Below are positions 26,258-38,885 of a stretch of DNA of 64,000 nt, in pieces. The translations under genes and the position numbers were made by a program. The first letter of the stretch is position 1. Every line of letters begins with the position of its first letter. The notes under the pieces are model-generated. The model worked only from the letters and a program-made list of their open reading frames with translations. It was not told where the DNA came from and did not search any database. Origin of the DNA: Octopus sinensis (taxonomy: Eukaryota); assembly GCF_006345805.1 (NCBI RefSeq), contig NC_043005.1:26908001-26972000 (forward strand), given 5' to 3'.

Positions 26258-26716
26258 TAAGGCGGCGAGCTGGCAGAATCGTTAGCACGCCGGGCAAAAT
26301 ACTAAGTAGTATTTCGCCTGTCGCTACGTTCTGAGTTGAAATTCCGCCAAGGTCGACTTTGCCTTTTATCCTTTCGGGATCGATAAGTTAAGTACCAATT
26401 GAGTACTGGGGTTGATGTGATCGACTATCCCCCTTCCCACAAAATACAGGCAGTGTACCTGTTGTAGAAAAGATTATTATTATTATTAATTATTTTTTTC
26501 TTTTTAAGGCAACAAGCTGCGGAGTCGTTAGCACGCTGGACGAAATGCTTAGCGGTATTCTGCCCCCGTCGCTGCGTTCTGAGTTCGAATTCCGCCGAGG
26601 TCGACTTTGCCTTTCATCCTTCGGGGTCCATAAATTAAATACCAGTGAAACACTGGGGTTGATGTAATTGGCTAATCCCCTCCCCCAAAATTTCAGGCCT
26701 TGTGCCTATAGAAAGG

Positions 26717-26803
<87 letters not shown>

Positions 26804-27030
26804 ATTAAGGCGATGAGGTGGCAGAATCATTAGCACGCCGAACAAAAATGCTTTGTGGTATTTCGTCCGGTCCGAGACTCTTCTCGTTCTGAGCTCAAAT
26901 GCCGCTGAGATCATATTTACCTTTTGTCCTTTCGGAGGTCGATAAAAGAAACTATCAGTCAAGATTTGATGTAACTGGATTAGCCCCCTTTTCCCTAAAA
27001 TTACTGGCCTTGCGCCAAAATTTGAAACAT
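26258..27030 (+). mobile_element. Three tandem SINE family C copies separated by (ATT)n
   Basis: Heads at ~26258, ~26505 and ~26807, each preceded by ATT repeats. Confidence 0.85.
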
Positions 27031-27300
27031 TTATTATCATAATTACGGGTGGCCTCGCTCACAGTGATCCTTTTATAGTTTTGGTGTTGCTTTTGTTGAC
27101 TATTTTAGTATTTGTTAAAAGGTAAAGAGTCTGGGCAAGGTTGTTTATGGAAGACCAACAGTTGCTCATGCATACCAGCCTCTCCCTTCCACGCCACCGA
27201 TGTTATCCAAGGGAAAGACAAAGGCCGATACAGCTTGGCCTTTGTTAAAGTACCAAGTTAGTTCGTTATTATCCGCGCAGCCCGAAGTAAGGTGAATAAA

Positions 27301-27514
27301 ATCAAAATAAGCAACAGGATATCATGTAGTGATGCAGTACGACTGTTTCAAGCGGTTCTTTAATTGAACAATGTAATCATTACGTCAATTTATTTATTTG
27401 TGCAGCTGAGGATAGCTCTGCATTTAAATTGATGTAATGATTACATTGTTCAATTAAATGGAGCCGCTTGAAACGGTCGTACTGCATCACTACTTGATAT
27501 CCTGTTGCTTATTT

Positions 27515-27518
<4 letters not shown>
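27301..27518. mobile_element. Foldback MITE / long palindrome
   Basis: ~95-bp arms atcaaaataagcaacaggatatc... / ...gatatcctgttgcttattttgat. Confidence 0.8.
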
Positions 27519-27607
<89 letters not shown>

Positions 27608-29274
27608 CCATGTATAACCATTGCATTCTGAATAGTATAATGATCAGTTCATACGCACTATGTTCTTTAACTTCATTGGACACTTTTTCCAAAGCGTAAC
27701 TATTTTTAGAAAAATAATATCGTCCTCAAAAGTTACCAAACCAATCTCTTCATGCGATCATCCCAATATTAAAAAAAGCTATTGAGTAGGCCCCACGGTT
27801 TCTGGCCCTGAGATACGCCTGTTTTTTTTTTTTCCTTTGTCACTGAAGTTTCAACATGATTATAGGAAGTGAAAGGGGAAAAAAATAACCCAGTCAAAGC
27901 TGTGTGAAAATCCAGGTAATATGGGAAGTAATTTGTGCACTACAGAGGAATTTGGTTATACATGCCGGATTATTCGTTCAAAATATATCCGGATCGATAA
28001 TGCTTCTGGAATTTGGATAATTTGAAACGGAAAAGATAAATGTAAGCAACCACTTTAATTTGATGATGGATGTGATGGTGATTGTCGTAATCGTGGTGAT
28101 GGTAGAGGAGGTGGTGGTGGTGGTGGTAGTGGTGGTGGAGGAGTAGGAAGAAGTGACGGAGAAAGAAATGGTGGAGGTGGGGGTGATAGTCGTGGTGGAG
28201 GTGCTTTTGGTGCTGGTAGTGGTGGTGGTGGTGGTGGTGGTGGTGAAGGAGTAGGAAGAAGCGATGGAGAAAGAAATGGTGGAGGTGGGGGTGATAGTCG
28301 TGGTGGGGATGGTGATGGTGGTGGTAGTCGTCGTTATGGAGATGGTGTAGTCATAGAGGTGGTGGTGGTGGTGGTGGTGGTGGTGGTGGTGGTGAAGGTG
28401 GTGGTCATGGCGGGGATTGTGGGGTCTGCATCAGTAGAAAATATACGTTTAGTGAAGTTCACGAGATTGGATGAATTCCAAAGGAGAAAGCTGACGGTTC
28501 TGGATTGGCCATTATGGCTGAAGAAGAAGCTCTCTCTTAAATTTTTTTTATTTGACGCTTTTCTTTTCGTTTTTGTTTTGTTTTTTGCGGGGCATCTTTT
28601 GGTTATTTTTCCGTCAGAGGAAAAACTTCTATTTTTTGTGTCAGTTGAAAAATTCTCTCTCTCTCTCTCTTTCCCTCTCTCTCTCTGTCTCTCTCTCTGT
28701 CTCTCTCTCTCTCTCTCTCTCGCTCTCTCTCGCTCTCTGTCTCTCTCTCTCCCTCTATCTCTCTCTCTCACACACATACATACGAAGGCATTCAAACGCA
28801 CTTCACTCTCCTACACATACGAATTTGTTTCATTTTATGGAAGTTTACGGAATTTTTTTGTATGCGGAAAATAATAAATAACAAACAGAAACCAAAACCC
28901 CCACTTGTTACACTCAATGGTGTCGTTTAGCCCCACGTCATTCTTACAGGATCACAAATGCTCAAGAATAAAAATAACAGTCACGCTGTGAAACTATTAT
29001 GTCTAAACGCTTAGCAACCCAACACCAAGTGCTTTAGCGATTGCGGATCCAATATAAATATAATTATCCCGGCAGAGAATTCCCAAGTTTCGAAGCAGTT
29101 TCAATGAAATGTCCACATCTACAATGAAGTTGAGCGCTACTTTTGTCTCTCATTTTTGCTTCCTGTTTCAAACAAGTTATCGCAAGTGTTTGAGCTTACA
29201 TTTACTGCAAGCCATCAGTATTCCTTATATAGTAGCATACGTATTTTACACAGACACGCACATATGGAATGGAA

Positions 29275-29650
29275 GCATTCCGTCGGTTGCGACGATGAGG
29301 GTTCCGGTTGATCCGAATCAACGGAACAGCCTGCTCGTGAAATTAACGTGTAAGTGGCTGAGCACTCCACAGACACGTGTACCCTCAACGTAGTTCTCGG
29401 GGATATTCAGCGTGACACAGAGAGTGACAAGGCCGGCCCCTTGAAATACAGGTACAACAGAAACAGGAAGTAAGAGTGACAGAAATTTGTGGTGAAAGAG
29501 TACAGCAGGGATCACCACCATCCCCTGCCGGAGCCTCGTGGAGCTTTTAGGTGTTTTCGCTCAATAAACACTCACAACGCCCGGTCTGGGAATCGAAACC
29601 GCGATCCTATGACCGCGAGTCCACTGCCCTAACCACTAGGCCATTGTGCC
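29275..29650 (-). mobile_element. SINE family A, variant head
   Basis: Near-identical to 1379-1749. Confidence 0.85.
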
Positions 29651-30024
29651 TCCTACACGCACATATATCCCAGGGATGTCTTACGTATGAGATAGTATTC
29701 CACTGCTTAAGCAGTTATGACACAGTCATTACGGAATCGGAAGGTAATACTCTACTAACATTTATGAGCAGCTGCAGGCCACATGTCCAATATCTTCTAG
29801 AGGAATGTAACGTACACTGACAGCTTTCGTTATATCGTATACTCTTTTACTCTTTTACTTGCTTCAGTCATTCGACTGCGGCTATGCTGGAGCACCGCCT
29901 TTAGTCGAACGAATCGACCCCAGGACTTATTCTTTGTAAGCCGAGTATTTATTCTATCGGTCTCATTTGCCGAACGGCTAAATTACGGGGACGTACACAC
30001 ACCAACATCAGCTGTCAAGCGCGC

Positions 30025-30179
30025 GTCTACGATGAGTCTACGATTTAAAAAAAATTTACCATAACTTTTTCCCATTTTTAATGCCTTTTTTTGCTATTAT
30101 ATAAGGGAAATAACTCTCTAAAAATGCTTATATAGTTATTTCCCATACAAACCCGAGCAACGCCGGGCGATACTGCTAG
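30025..30179 (+). mobile_element. Helitron-like 3' terminus
   Basis: Hairpin cccg-agcaacgc-cggg (30152-30167) followed by CTAG|t (30176-30180). Confidence 0.55.
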
Positions 30180-30205
30180 TATATATATATATATATATAT
30201 ATATA

Positions 30206-30532
30206 TAGCAAAACAACTAAAACGTAATCGAGCAAGACAAAAGAAAAAGCAATAAAAATATGGATTATTCGCATACATATTTCACTAGACAGTGAAATTT
30301 AGATAGTAACCACGAGTGTAATGGGTAGAACTGTTTACAGATCTGACTGTGCGGACGTTCTAGTATGCAGTCCGGCAAATTATATTCCTCTGGACGGTCG
30401 CACCGATGATCTACGGACATTTATGTAAGTAAAATTACGTAATATGTTAATAGTGAAACATGTATGTGAATAATCCATATTTTTATTGCTTTTTCTTTTG
30501 TCTTGCTCGATTACGTTTTAGTTGTTTTGCTA
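30206..30532. mobile_element. Foldback MITE with ~82-bp TIRs
   Basis: 30206-30287 is the reverse complement of 30451-30532. Confidence 0.8.
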
Positions 30533-30618
30533 AATTTTTCTTGAGAACATTTCTTAGTGGTAAGACCATAGCGGATCTATTTCTAGCATAAGGGTGTTCA
30601 CATAGTGGTTTCCCTCTA

Positions 30619-30667
<49 letters not shown>

Positions 30668-30670
<3 letters not shown>

Positions 30671-31042
30671 GAGGGGCTTCTTTTAGTTTCCGTCTACCAA
30701 ATCCACTCACAAGGCTTTGGTCGGCCCGAGGCTATAGTGGAAGACACTTGCCCAAGGTGCCATGCAGTGGGGCTGAACCCTGAACCATGTGGTTGGGAAG
30801 CAAGCTTCTTACCACACAGCCAACCCTGCGCCTATGGATTAATATTTCTCTCTGTCTTTTTTTATCCAGATAATCGCATGCGTGGCTATATGGTTAGAAG
30901 CTCGTTTTCCAATCACATGGTTTCAGGTTCTGTCCCACTACGTGGTACCTTGGGCAAGTGTCTTCAACTATAGCCTCCGGTCGACTAAATGCTGGTGAGT
31001 GAATTTGGCAGACGGAAACTGAAAGAAGCCTGTCTTACATAC

Positions 31043-31050
<8 letters not shown>
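30668..31050. mobile_element. Two SINE B 5' halves in divergent orientation
   Basis: 30668-30835 on minus, 30878-31050 on plus. Confidence 0.75.
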
Positions 31051-31077
<27 letters not shown>

Positions 31078-31127
31078 TGTGTGTGTGTGTGTGCGTGCGT
31101 TTGTGTGTGTCTGTGTTTGTGTTTATA

Positions 31128-31254
31128 CAGGGTGATTCAAAAGTCACCATACATAGAAAAAAATTATTTTTTATAAGAAACAGTTAAATAAAAAGAACCC
31201 GTTTCTTTAAAAAAATAGATAGTTCTTATGTATGGCGACTTTTGAATCACCCTG
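31128..31254. mobile_element. Tc1/mariner-type MITE
   Basis: TA|CAGGGTGATTCAAAAGTCaCCATACATA ... TATGTATGGcGACTTTTGAATCACCCTG|TA. Confidence 0.85.
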
Positions 31255-32092
31255 TATATCCGTAACTTTGTCGTTCGGAAAAACAAACTGATAGAATAAG
31301 TACCAGGTTTGAAAAGAAAACAGTGGCGCCGATTCATTCAACAAAAAACGCTTCAAGGTAGCGCCCCAGCATGGCCGCAGTCTAACGACTGAAACAATTA
31401 AAAGATGAAAGATATTTAACAATTACCAATTGCGCTTGAATAGCTCAAGAATGGCCCTCAACGTGTGAGCAGAGGTAACAGTCACAAGTCCAAAGAAGCA
31501 ACATTTTGTATTGAAACACGTTTCTCCGGCAGTTCAGTGGGAGCGGGACACATCAGTACTGAGTATTGAGTGCTTTTTGAGGAGTTCGCACCCAACTCTT
31601 TAATTATGAAATTTAACAGATGTTGTCTCTGATACTAAGCATTTTCCTTTATCCTTTCCTCAAAGACAGCGTCTGTTAATAAATTTATTTCTGAAGAAAT
31701 TTCTATTTGTTATCAAGATCTTGTACGTTTTTAATATCTGCTGAATGAACTTTGTAGATTAATCAAGTGAGAGCAACCAAAGATACCGCCTACCGAGGCT
31801 GCCAAGCTGTGAGGTTGTTTAAGTTTAGATGGATGCCGTCCTTGTAACTCTTTAACAGCTTTATAAAACAGTCAGAAGAATTTCCCCGAGCTTTTTGATT
31901 ATCAGCAGAATTATATGACTGCAAAATGGTTGAGTAATTAGGATGTCGGACAGATTGCCTCGCAGTATGTGTTCCGACTTTCTGCGCTCTATATTCAAAT
32001 CCCGCCGAGGTCGACTTAACTTTCCATCCTTTTCAAGTCGACAAAAAATAATCCGAATCTAAAGTGGTTGATCGACGAAACTGCAAGAACGT

Positions 32093-32179
32093 TACGCCAT
32101 ATACCCGTGAGCATATGGCGTAGTGGTTAAGAGCGCGGGCTACTGACCCCAAGATTCTGAGTTCGATTCCAGGCAGTGA

Positions 32180-32239
<60 letters not shown>

Positions 32240-32444
32240 CAACAACAACAACAACAACAATAACAATAATAATAATAACATCGAAAAATACCTTAGGACC
32301 GAAAACTCAGGTTCAAAATTACCCCCAAGACACCTGATGAAGGCTGGAGGGTATATCAGCCGAAACGTTGTGTTAACAACAAATAAAATGTCCGTAAAAT
32401 GTAAATAAGGTACATAATTCCTCATCTCTTAAATATAGAACTGT
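32093..32444 (+). mobile_element. tRNA-headed retroposon with hammerhead-bearing (Penelope-like) tail
   Basis: A box TGGCGTAGTGG (32116-32126), B box GAGTTCGATTCC (32159-32170), (AAT/AAC)n linker, hammerhead at 32329-32374; two more copies at 40634-41299. Confidence 0.85.
32329..32374 (+). ncRNA. Minimal type-I hammerhead ribozyme
   Basis: GACAC-CTGATGA-A-GGCTG(gagggtatat)CAGCC-GAAAC-GT-T-GTGTT: intact core, stems I and II, palindromic AACGTT stem III. Confidence 0.8.
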
Positions 32445-32779
32445 TATATCGGATGCCTTGAAGTATTTGCTCTAGGTTTTTGTGTTCTGAGTTCAAAGCC
32501 CGTCATGGCCTGCTTGATTGATAGTCTTAACCCGTCACCCGGTTTACCACCACCACTACCTGGCAACTTGAACGCCTTTAACAGAGTCGGTTCTATTTGG
32601 AAGCATTACCACCTTCTCCCCCTCACAAGACTTGGGCATTGTCTTCTGAATCATAGATCAAAAGAAGGCGTCAGATTTGTACTAACCCTATGAACAGAGA
32701 CTTCGAGAAACATCTTTGCATGGCGTCAAGCGTCAAAATATTGCATTATCGTAATCTTCCTTTATGTGAATAGCACAAA

Positions 32780-33330
32780 ACTCCATTGTTTCAATTTATA
32801 TAACAAAAATGACGAACAGTTATTTAAGCTTTAGAAATATCTTGCATATTGAAAATGTTCAGCATACAAATTGTTTGTATAAAATACGTATTCGTTGGTC
32901 ATTATTTTCTTTGCTTGGTAACGTTAGCTGTTCCAGATTCCTATATACACATTCACCAACGTAGCCAAATGCGCCAACAATTATTGATATATATAAATAT
33001 GTCGATTTGTAATAATCTTGGCAGACAAATTATCGGTTTAGAAGCAGTTATCTATAAATATTTTTCTCGTTGATTTTGAAAGATACGTTCACATCTGTAG
33101 GCCAGTTCTTCATTACAACTATACTTTACGTATATGCAAGTATTAGAGTATGTTTTATATTCTGTGCATAAGTAATCATACACAACATCTAAACATGTAT
33201 ACACATCAATAATTGATGTAGCATTTGTACGTGTCATTTGACCCTTTGGGTCTGCTGCAGATAGCTTATTAGAAATTATTGAAGAAAATAAATATAGAAG
33301 TCCTGCAATTTGGATACATTGAGGTAATAT
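32780..33330 (-). pseudogene. RLE-type (R2/R4-like) non-LTR retrotransposon endonuclease relic
   Basis: Across stops and frameshifts: [18 protein letters not shown]......SIIVGAFGYVGECVYRNLEQL, matching the RLE C-terminal consensus. Confidence 0.55.
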
Positions 33331-33388
33331 CCAATTGAGGTAACTCAAACACACAAACACACACATACACATACATACACACACATAC

Positions 33389-33459
<71 letters not shown>

Positions 33460-33526
33460 CATATGTACATATGTATACGTATATATACCTATATATATAC
33501 ACACACACATACACACACACACACAT

Positions 33527-33617
<91 letters not shown>

Positions 33618-34036
33618 GATATATGAATATTTACAAGTAAGCGATGTACGGATATAGCGAAAAGAAAAACTTTAGAAGGAAAAGATAAAGAACAAGAAAA
33701 TGTGGGAAGCTGGAAGAAAGAAGAGAGGAGATTATAGCTTATAAGTTAGTTCAAAGATAATCATCACAAGACCTACCTCGGCGATTCTGGCTATAGATTA
33801 CCGAGTAAAAAGTCCAAAAATAGTTCCTGTACTCTGAGACACTCAAAGAAAATAACCAAAGAACTGAAGAAGGAATGGTTAGATCAGGAAGCAATAATCT
33901 AATCAGGAAACGGATTTGGTGGAAGCGGGTGGGAAAGGAGGAAAAAATAACAAATGATATAAACGTAAATATCAGAATATTTATGTCCAATTTTACGTTT
34001 TCATTTGGATATGTTTGTATTTTGTATGTATATACC

Positions 34037-34078
<42 letters not shown>

Positions 34079-34221
34079 CAGGTTATGAGAGGTAATAGTG
34101 TCATTGAGACCCAAAGGTGTCAGGTAATGCTGAATAAGTGCTATAAATGGACCGCAGTTAAGTTCCAGGTTCGGTGATTATGCGAATAAGGGGTTCAACG
34201 TTGGTCATATGTCAGCATGTG

Positions 34222-34337
34222 TATATAAAATATCTTTTTCGTAATGAGATAAAAAAGAACAAGGCTGTGTAGATTTTAGAACATTTGTTCTAAAATTCTA
34301 CACAGCCTTGGTTTTTATCTCATTACGAAAATTTTAT

Positions 34338-34340
<3 letters not shown>
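34222..34340. repeat. ~120-bp palindrome (small foldback element)
   Basis: ttttcgtaatgagataaaaa...aggctgtgtaga(t)ttttagaac / gttctaaaa(t)tctacacagcct...ctcattacgaaaa. Confidence 0.8.
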
Positions 34341-34379
<39 letters not shown>

Positions 34380-34707
34380 TTTAACAATTAAGGATAATCT
34401 CTTGTAAGGATCTTAACAAGAAATTATCAGGTAGCTAGCGTGAAAACCTCATAAAGAAAAGATCCGTAATTTTTTCTTTGAACTAATTATATCTATATTG
34501 TATGAGTATATATATATATATATAATATAACTAGTATATATCTATATATATATATATATATAATTCGTTGGGAGATTAATAGCTATGAGGGTATTCTATT
34601 TCAGATAATCAAAAAAAAGAACCTAAGATAATTCTTGAAGGTAAACTCGGGTATCTATTGCACATCATGAAATAATTCTTTAAAGGATATACCAATTTTC
34701 CCCAAAT

Positions 34708-34773
<66 letters not shown>

Positions 34774-35559
34774 ATATTATATATATATATATAGTTACAT
34801 TATATAAGTTCAAAGTTATTGCAAAACGAAGACGAAGACAGGTGTAGGAACAACAAGCAAGTGTTAGTTTGTGTTGTAATGTGTGACTGCCGTTGTATTG
34901 TAGTTGCTGTTTTACGCTAGTAGCCATAATAGTTACCAGTCATCGGATACCGTTGTATCTCTTCGTACCGGAATAGTAATACACTAACTTCTCCTGTTGA
35001 CTCTCGACTGTCGACTCTATCTGACGACCGGCTGCTAGTCTATTTATAATGACTGGGTCCTACCACTTTTACCGGGTGGAGTATACAGTTTCAAAACAAA
35101 CATTTTTTTTTTGCATAATTGTATCAATTCCATTATACAAAAACAATCGAAAACCTTTTGTAAAAATTTGTAAAAATAAAATAGTTATGAGGGGTTTTAG
35201 CACGTGATTACATCATAATTCCGCCGAGTAAACACTATACAATAAATGCATTGCGGTATGTCGTACGTCTGTTGCTGAAAATTTATTGTTGGAGCGTGTT
35301 CGTGAGTTTCTATTAATTGTTATATTTCTTGTTGTGCCTATTACTGGACTTATTGTTGATAAAGTTGTAGTATATCTTTCTTTCGAAAGCTATCTGTGGT
35401 TTTCCCCTGTGGGGGAAAACATTAATTGCCGGCAGGATGCCGAAAAGTTCGTGTTCTTCGGGGGACGAATCGATTGAAAGAGAAGCAAGGAAAATAGAAC
35501 TCAGAACGTAAAAGCAGACGAAATAGCGCAAAGCATTTTACCCGGCATGCTTACGATTC

Positions 35560-35791
35560 TTATTTCTTTATCGCCCACAAAAGGCTAAACATAGAGGGGA
35601 CAAACAAGGACAAACAAAGGGATTACGTCGATTACATCGACCCCAGTGCGTAACTACTACTTAATTTATTGACCCCGAAAGGATGAAAGGCAAAGTCAAC
35701 CTCGGCGGAATTTGAACTCAGACCGTAACGGCAGACGAAATACCGCTAAGCATTTCGCCCGGCATGCTAACGTTTCTGCCAGCTCGCCGTC
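35560..35791 (-). mobile_element. SINE family C, subfamily with Tx1-like tail
   Basis: Family C head; tail ccttgtttgtcccctctatgtttagccttttgtgggcgataaagaaa. Confidence 0.85.
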
Positions 35792-36626
35792 TTAGCTTGT
35801 GTCTATAATAATGTGATTAGATATAAAAATAAGTATTAATTAGATCAGTTAACAAAGACCTGGTGTCTTGAGTTAAACATTGTGATTTTGTAAGCTTCCT
35901 TAGTTTAAGAAGAATTAGTGTGTGATGAAATAAAAGGGTTGCAGATAAAGAGAGGACAATAGTTTGTTTATTTTATCTACTTTAATCCAGTGATGATGTG
36001 AATATCTTGAACTGCAGCCGGAGGTTGTAGATGTGGTGTAATTTTGTGAAAAATTCAGACGTTACGTTTAGATAATTCACTGATTTATTTTTCGCCGAGT
36101 GGATTTTGTCACCATTGTTTTTTTAATTTGTTTCAGTCATGTGACTGCGTACTATGCTGGGGCACCACCTTGAAGGGTTTTAGTCGATCCTAGGACTTAT
36201 TTTTTTCAGGCCTAGTACACACTCTATCGGTTTCTTTTGTTGAACCTCTATGTAACAGTGACATAAACACACCAACAGCGATGGTGAGGTACAAACACAG
36301 GGACAGGGACACTCACAGATATACATACATATATATAAATATACGACGATCACACACTGTTGTAGACAGAATTCATCCCACCACCATATATATATATATG
36401 TAATTCAAAGGACAAGCTTTGTCACAGTTTTTGTCATGCTGAATCTCCGTGAGAACTACGTGAAGGGCATACGTGTCTGTGGAGTGCTCAGCCTCTTGTA
36501 CGTTAATTTAACGAGCAAGCCGTTCCGTTGATCGGGTCAACAGGATCTCTCCTCGTCGTAACTGACGGAGTACCAGTTCACATACACAGACACACACACA
36601 CACACACACACACCACACACACACAC

Positions 36627-36657
<31 letters not shown>

Positions 36658-36916
36658 TTGTATATCTCCCTCCCTCTCTCCTTCCCTCTCTCTCTATCTC
36701 TCTTTGTACATGCATACATACATAATTTTACTTTGAGAAAAAGGAAATAAAAGCGTAAATCTATAGATAGATAAATACATACATACATACATACATACAT
36801 ACATACATTTATACATACATACATACATACATACATACATACATGCATACATACATACATACATACATAGACAGACAGACGAACGGACGGACAGACAGAC
36901 AGGCAAATAGACAGAC

Positions 36917-36970
<54 letters not shown>

Positions 36971-37584
36971 TACGCAATATTGGGTGACACTCATTGTAGG
37001 GCCTCCATTCCAGCATACACGGAAAATTTGGCGAAATTGTAATCTATAATTCCCGTGATTGCAATCTATTTCTCGGTTATTCCCGGTCATGTTATTTAAA
37101 AATCTAATTTTGAATTGTATGCCTGCCTCTAAATTGCTCGAGTTGAGCAATTGATTCAACAAGCGGTCTTTTAGGCATTTGAAGATTGCTCACAAAGACA
37201 TTTTCTCAGAAACTAGTTCAGATAGCCTTCATCGAATTTATGGAATAAACGGCATCGTAATTAATTGCTATTTATAGGTTTTCCATTAATGCAATGATTA
37301 AAAGTACTTTTATTACGAATGCTATCACAGATAATGGTTTGGTTTTACCAAACTATGGTTCTCGTTTCTCGTAGATGGTTCAACGTTAATATGATCTGAT
37401 AAAAGAAAAAAAAATTATTAGTGTTATAACTAAAAGAAAGAGAGACTCTAAAAAAGTCAGTATTTCTTCTGAAGAATATTCTTCTTTGTGTAATCGGAAA
37501 TATTTTAATGCGAGTGTGCATTCGTCTGGTAAATTCAAAATATATGCAAGTTTATGACTGCGCGCGCGCGTGTGTGTGTGTATG

Positions 37585-37925
37585 TGTGAAGGCACGTGGT
37601 TAAGTGGTTAGTGCATCGGACTCACAATCATGACGTAGTGAGTTCGATTCCCGGACCGGGCTGTGTGTTGAGTTCTTGAGCAAGACACTTTATTTCACGT
37701 TGCTCCAATTCACTCAGCTGTACAAATGAGTTGCGACGTCACTGGTGCCAAGTTGTATCGGCCCCTTTGCCTTTCCCTTGGAGAACATCGGTGGCATGGA
37801 GAGGTGAGGCTGGTATTGCATGGGTGACTGCTGGTCTTCCATAAACAACCTTGCCCGGATTTGTGCCTCGGAGGGTAACTTTCTAGGTGCTATCCCATGG
37901 TTGTTCATGACCAAAGGGACCCTTT
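37585..37925 (+). mobile_element. SINE family A-related subfamily with alternative tail
   Basis: tRNA head gaaggcacgtggttaagtggtt...gagttcgattccc; central gagcaagacactttatttcac. Confidence 0.85.
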
Positions 37926-38269
37926 ACCCTTTATCTATACATGTACACATGTGCATGTGTGTGTTTCTGTGTTTGTTATCATCACCGTTTGACAACTGAT
38001 GCTGGTTTGCTTCCCTCCCTATAACTTAGCAGTCTGGCACAGAAAACTGATAGAATAAGTAAAAGGCTTTAAAAATGTAAGTACTAGGATCGTTATTTGT
38101 TGGATTAAATCCTTCAAGGCAGTGCCCCAGTATGGCTGCAGTCCAATGAGTGAAATAAGTAAAAGATGAAAAAATAACGATTGAACTTTTCGAAAAATTA
38201 CTTTTCATAGTTTAATCTTATTTTCGGGGAAAATATGGCTGTGATCATAACTGATAAAAAAATACTTGC

Positions 38270-38452
38270 CGCTATAACAAGTGCCATAGTTAGGAAAATT
38301 AATCTTTTGTGTCGCACACAAGTATTTCAATTGGCTGTTTATGAGGTTGGAATTACAGGGAATTACTTCACAAAAGGAGAGAGCGCTACTTAAGGCGAGA
38401 AAATCGCTTCTAAGTTTATTCTTTCTCATCAAAGAGTAAAAAGAGCATACAT
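38270..38452 (-). CDS. Candidate symmetric phase-1 exon (Cys-containing), unidentified gene
   Basis: 183 nt, open; acceptor cctatag|, donor G|gcaagt (GC-AG type); DVCSFYSLMRKNKLRSDFLALSSALSFCEVIPCNSNLINSQLKYLCATQKINFPNYGTCYS. Confidence 0.35.
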
Positions 38453-38629
38453 CTATAGGCATATAATTCTTTTATTTCTCATGAGATGAAGTTCTTAAAG
38501 TCTCTGGTACTCGTGGAGAGCACTCTTTCTGGACGCTTCGGCACGATATAACTCGAGATTTTAAATTAGTTTATCTAAATTTACTTAAAAATTAAAAATC
38601 ATCTTCTTCTTCTTCTTCTTCTTCTTCTT

Positions 38630-38885
38630 CTGAAAGAAGCCCGTCGTATATATGTATATATAAATATATATGTATGTGTGTCTGTGTTTGTCCCCCCCCC
38701 CAACAACATCGCTTGACAACCGATGCTGGTGTGTTTACTTTCCCGTAACTTAGCGGTTCGGCAAGAGAGACCGATAGAATAAGTACTAGGCTTACAAAGA
38801 ATAAGTCCTGGGGTCGATTTGCTCGTCTAAAGGCGGTGCTCCAGCATGGCCGCAATCAAACGACTGAAACAAATAAAAGAATAAA
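38630..38885 (+). mobile_element. SINE family B, 3' half
   Basis: Matches tail consensus. Confidence 0.85.

Noticed and set aside
31430-31910. Coding-like minus-strand segment (EERIKENA*YQRQHLLNFIIKELG...)
   Set aside because: Stops in all frames and no recognisable homology; possibly an old pseudogene but unsupported.
32110-32185. Functional tRNA gene
   Set aside because: A and B boxes are present but the acceptor stem does not pair and the sequence continues into a repeated element; it is a SINE-type head. The same applies to the other tRNA-like heads.
33052-33564. ORF resembling a secreted Cys-containing host protein
   Set aside because: The N-terminus is microsatellite, and alternative frames over the same DNA match an RLE retrotransposon endonuclease.
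36985-37190. Minus-strand open stretch KCLKDRLLNQLLNSSNLEAGIQF...VCWNGGPT
   Set aside because: Protein-like, but no good splice sites or recognisable family.
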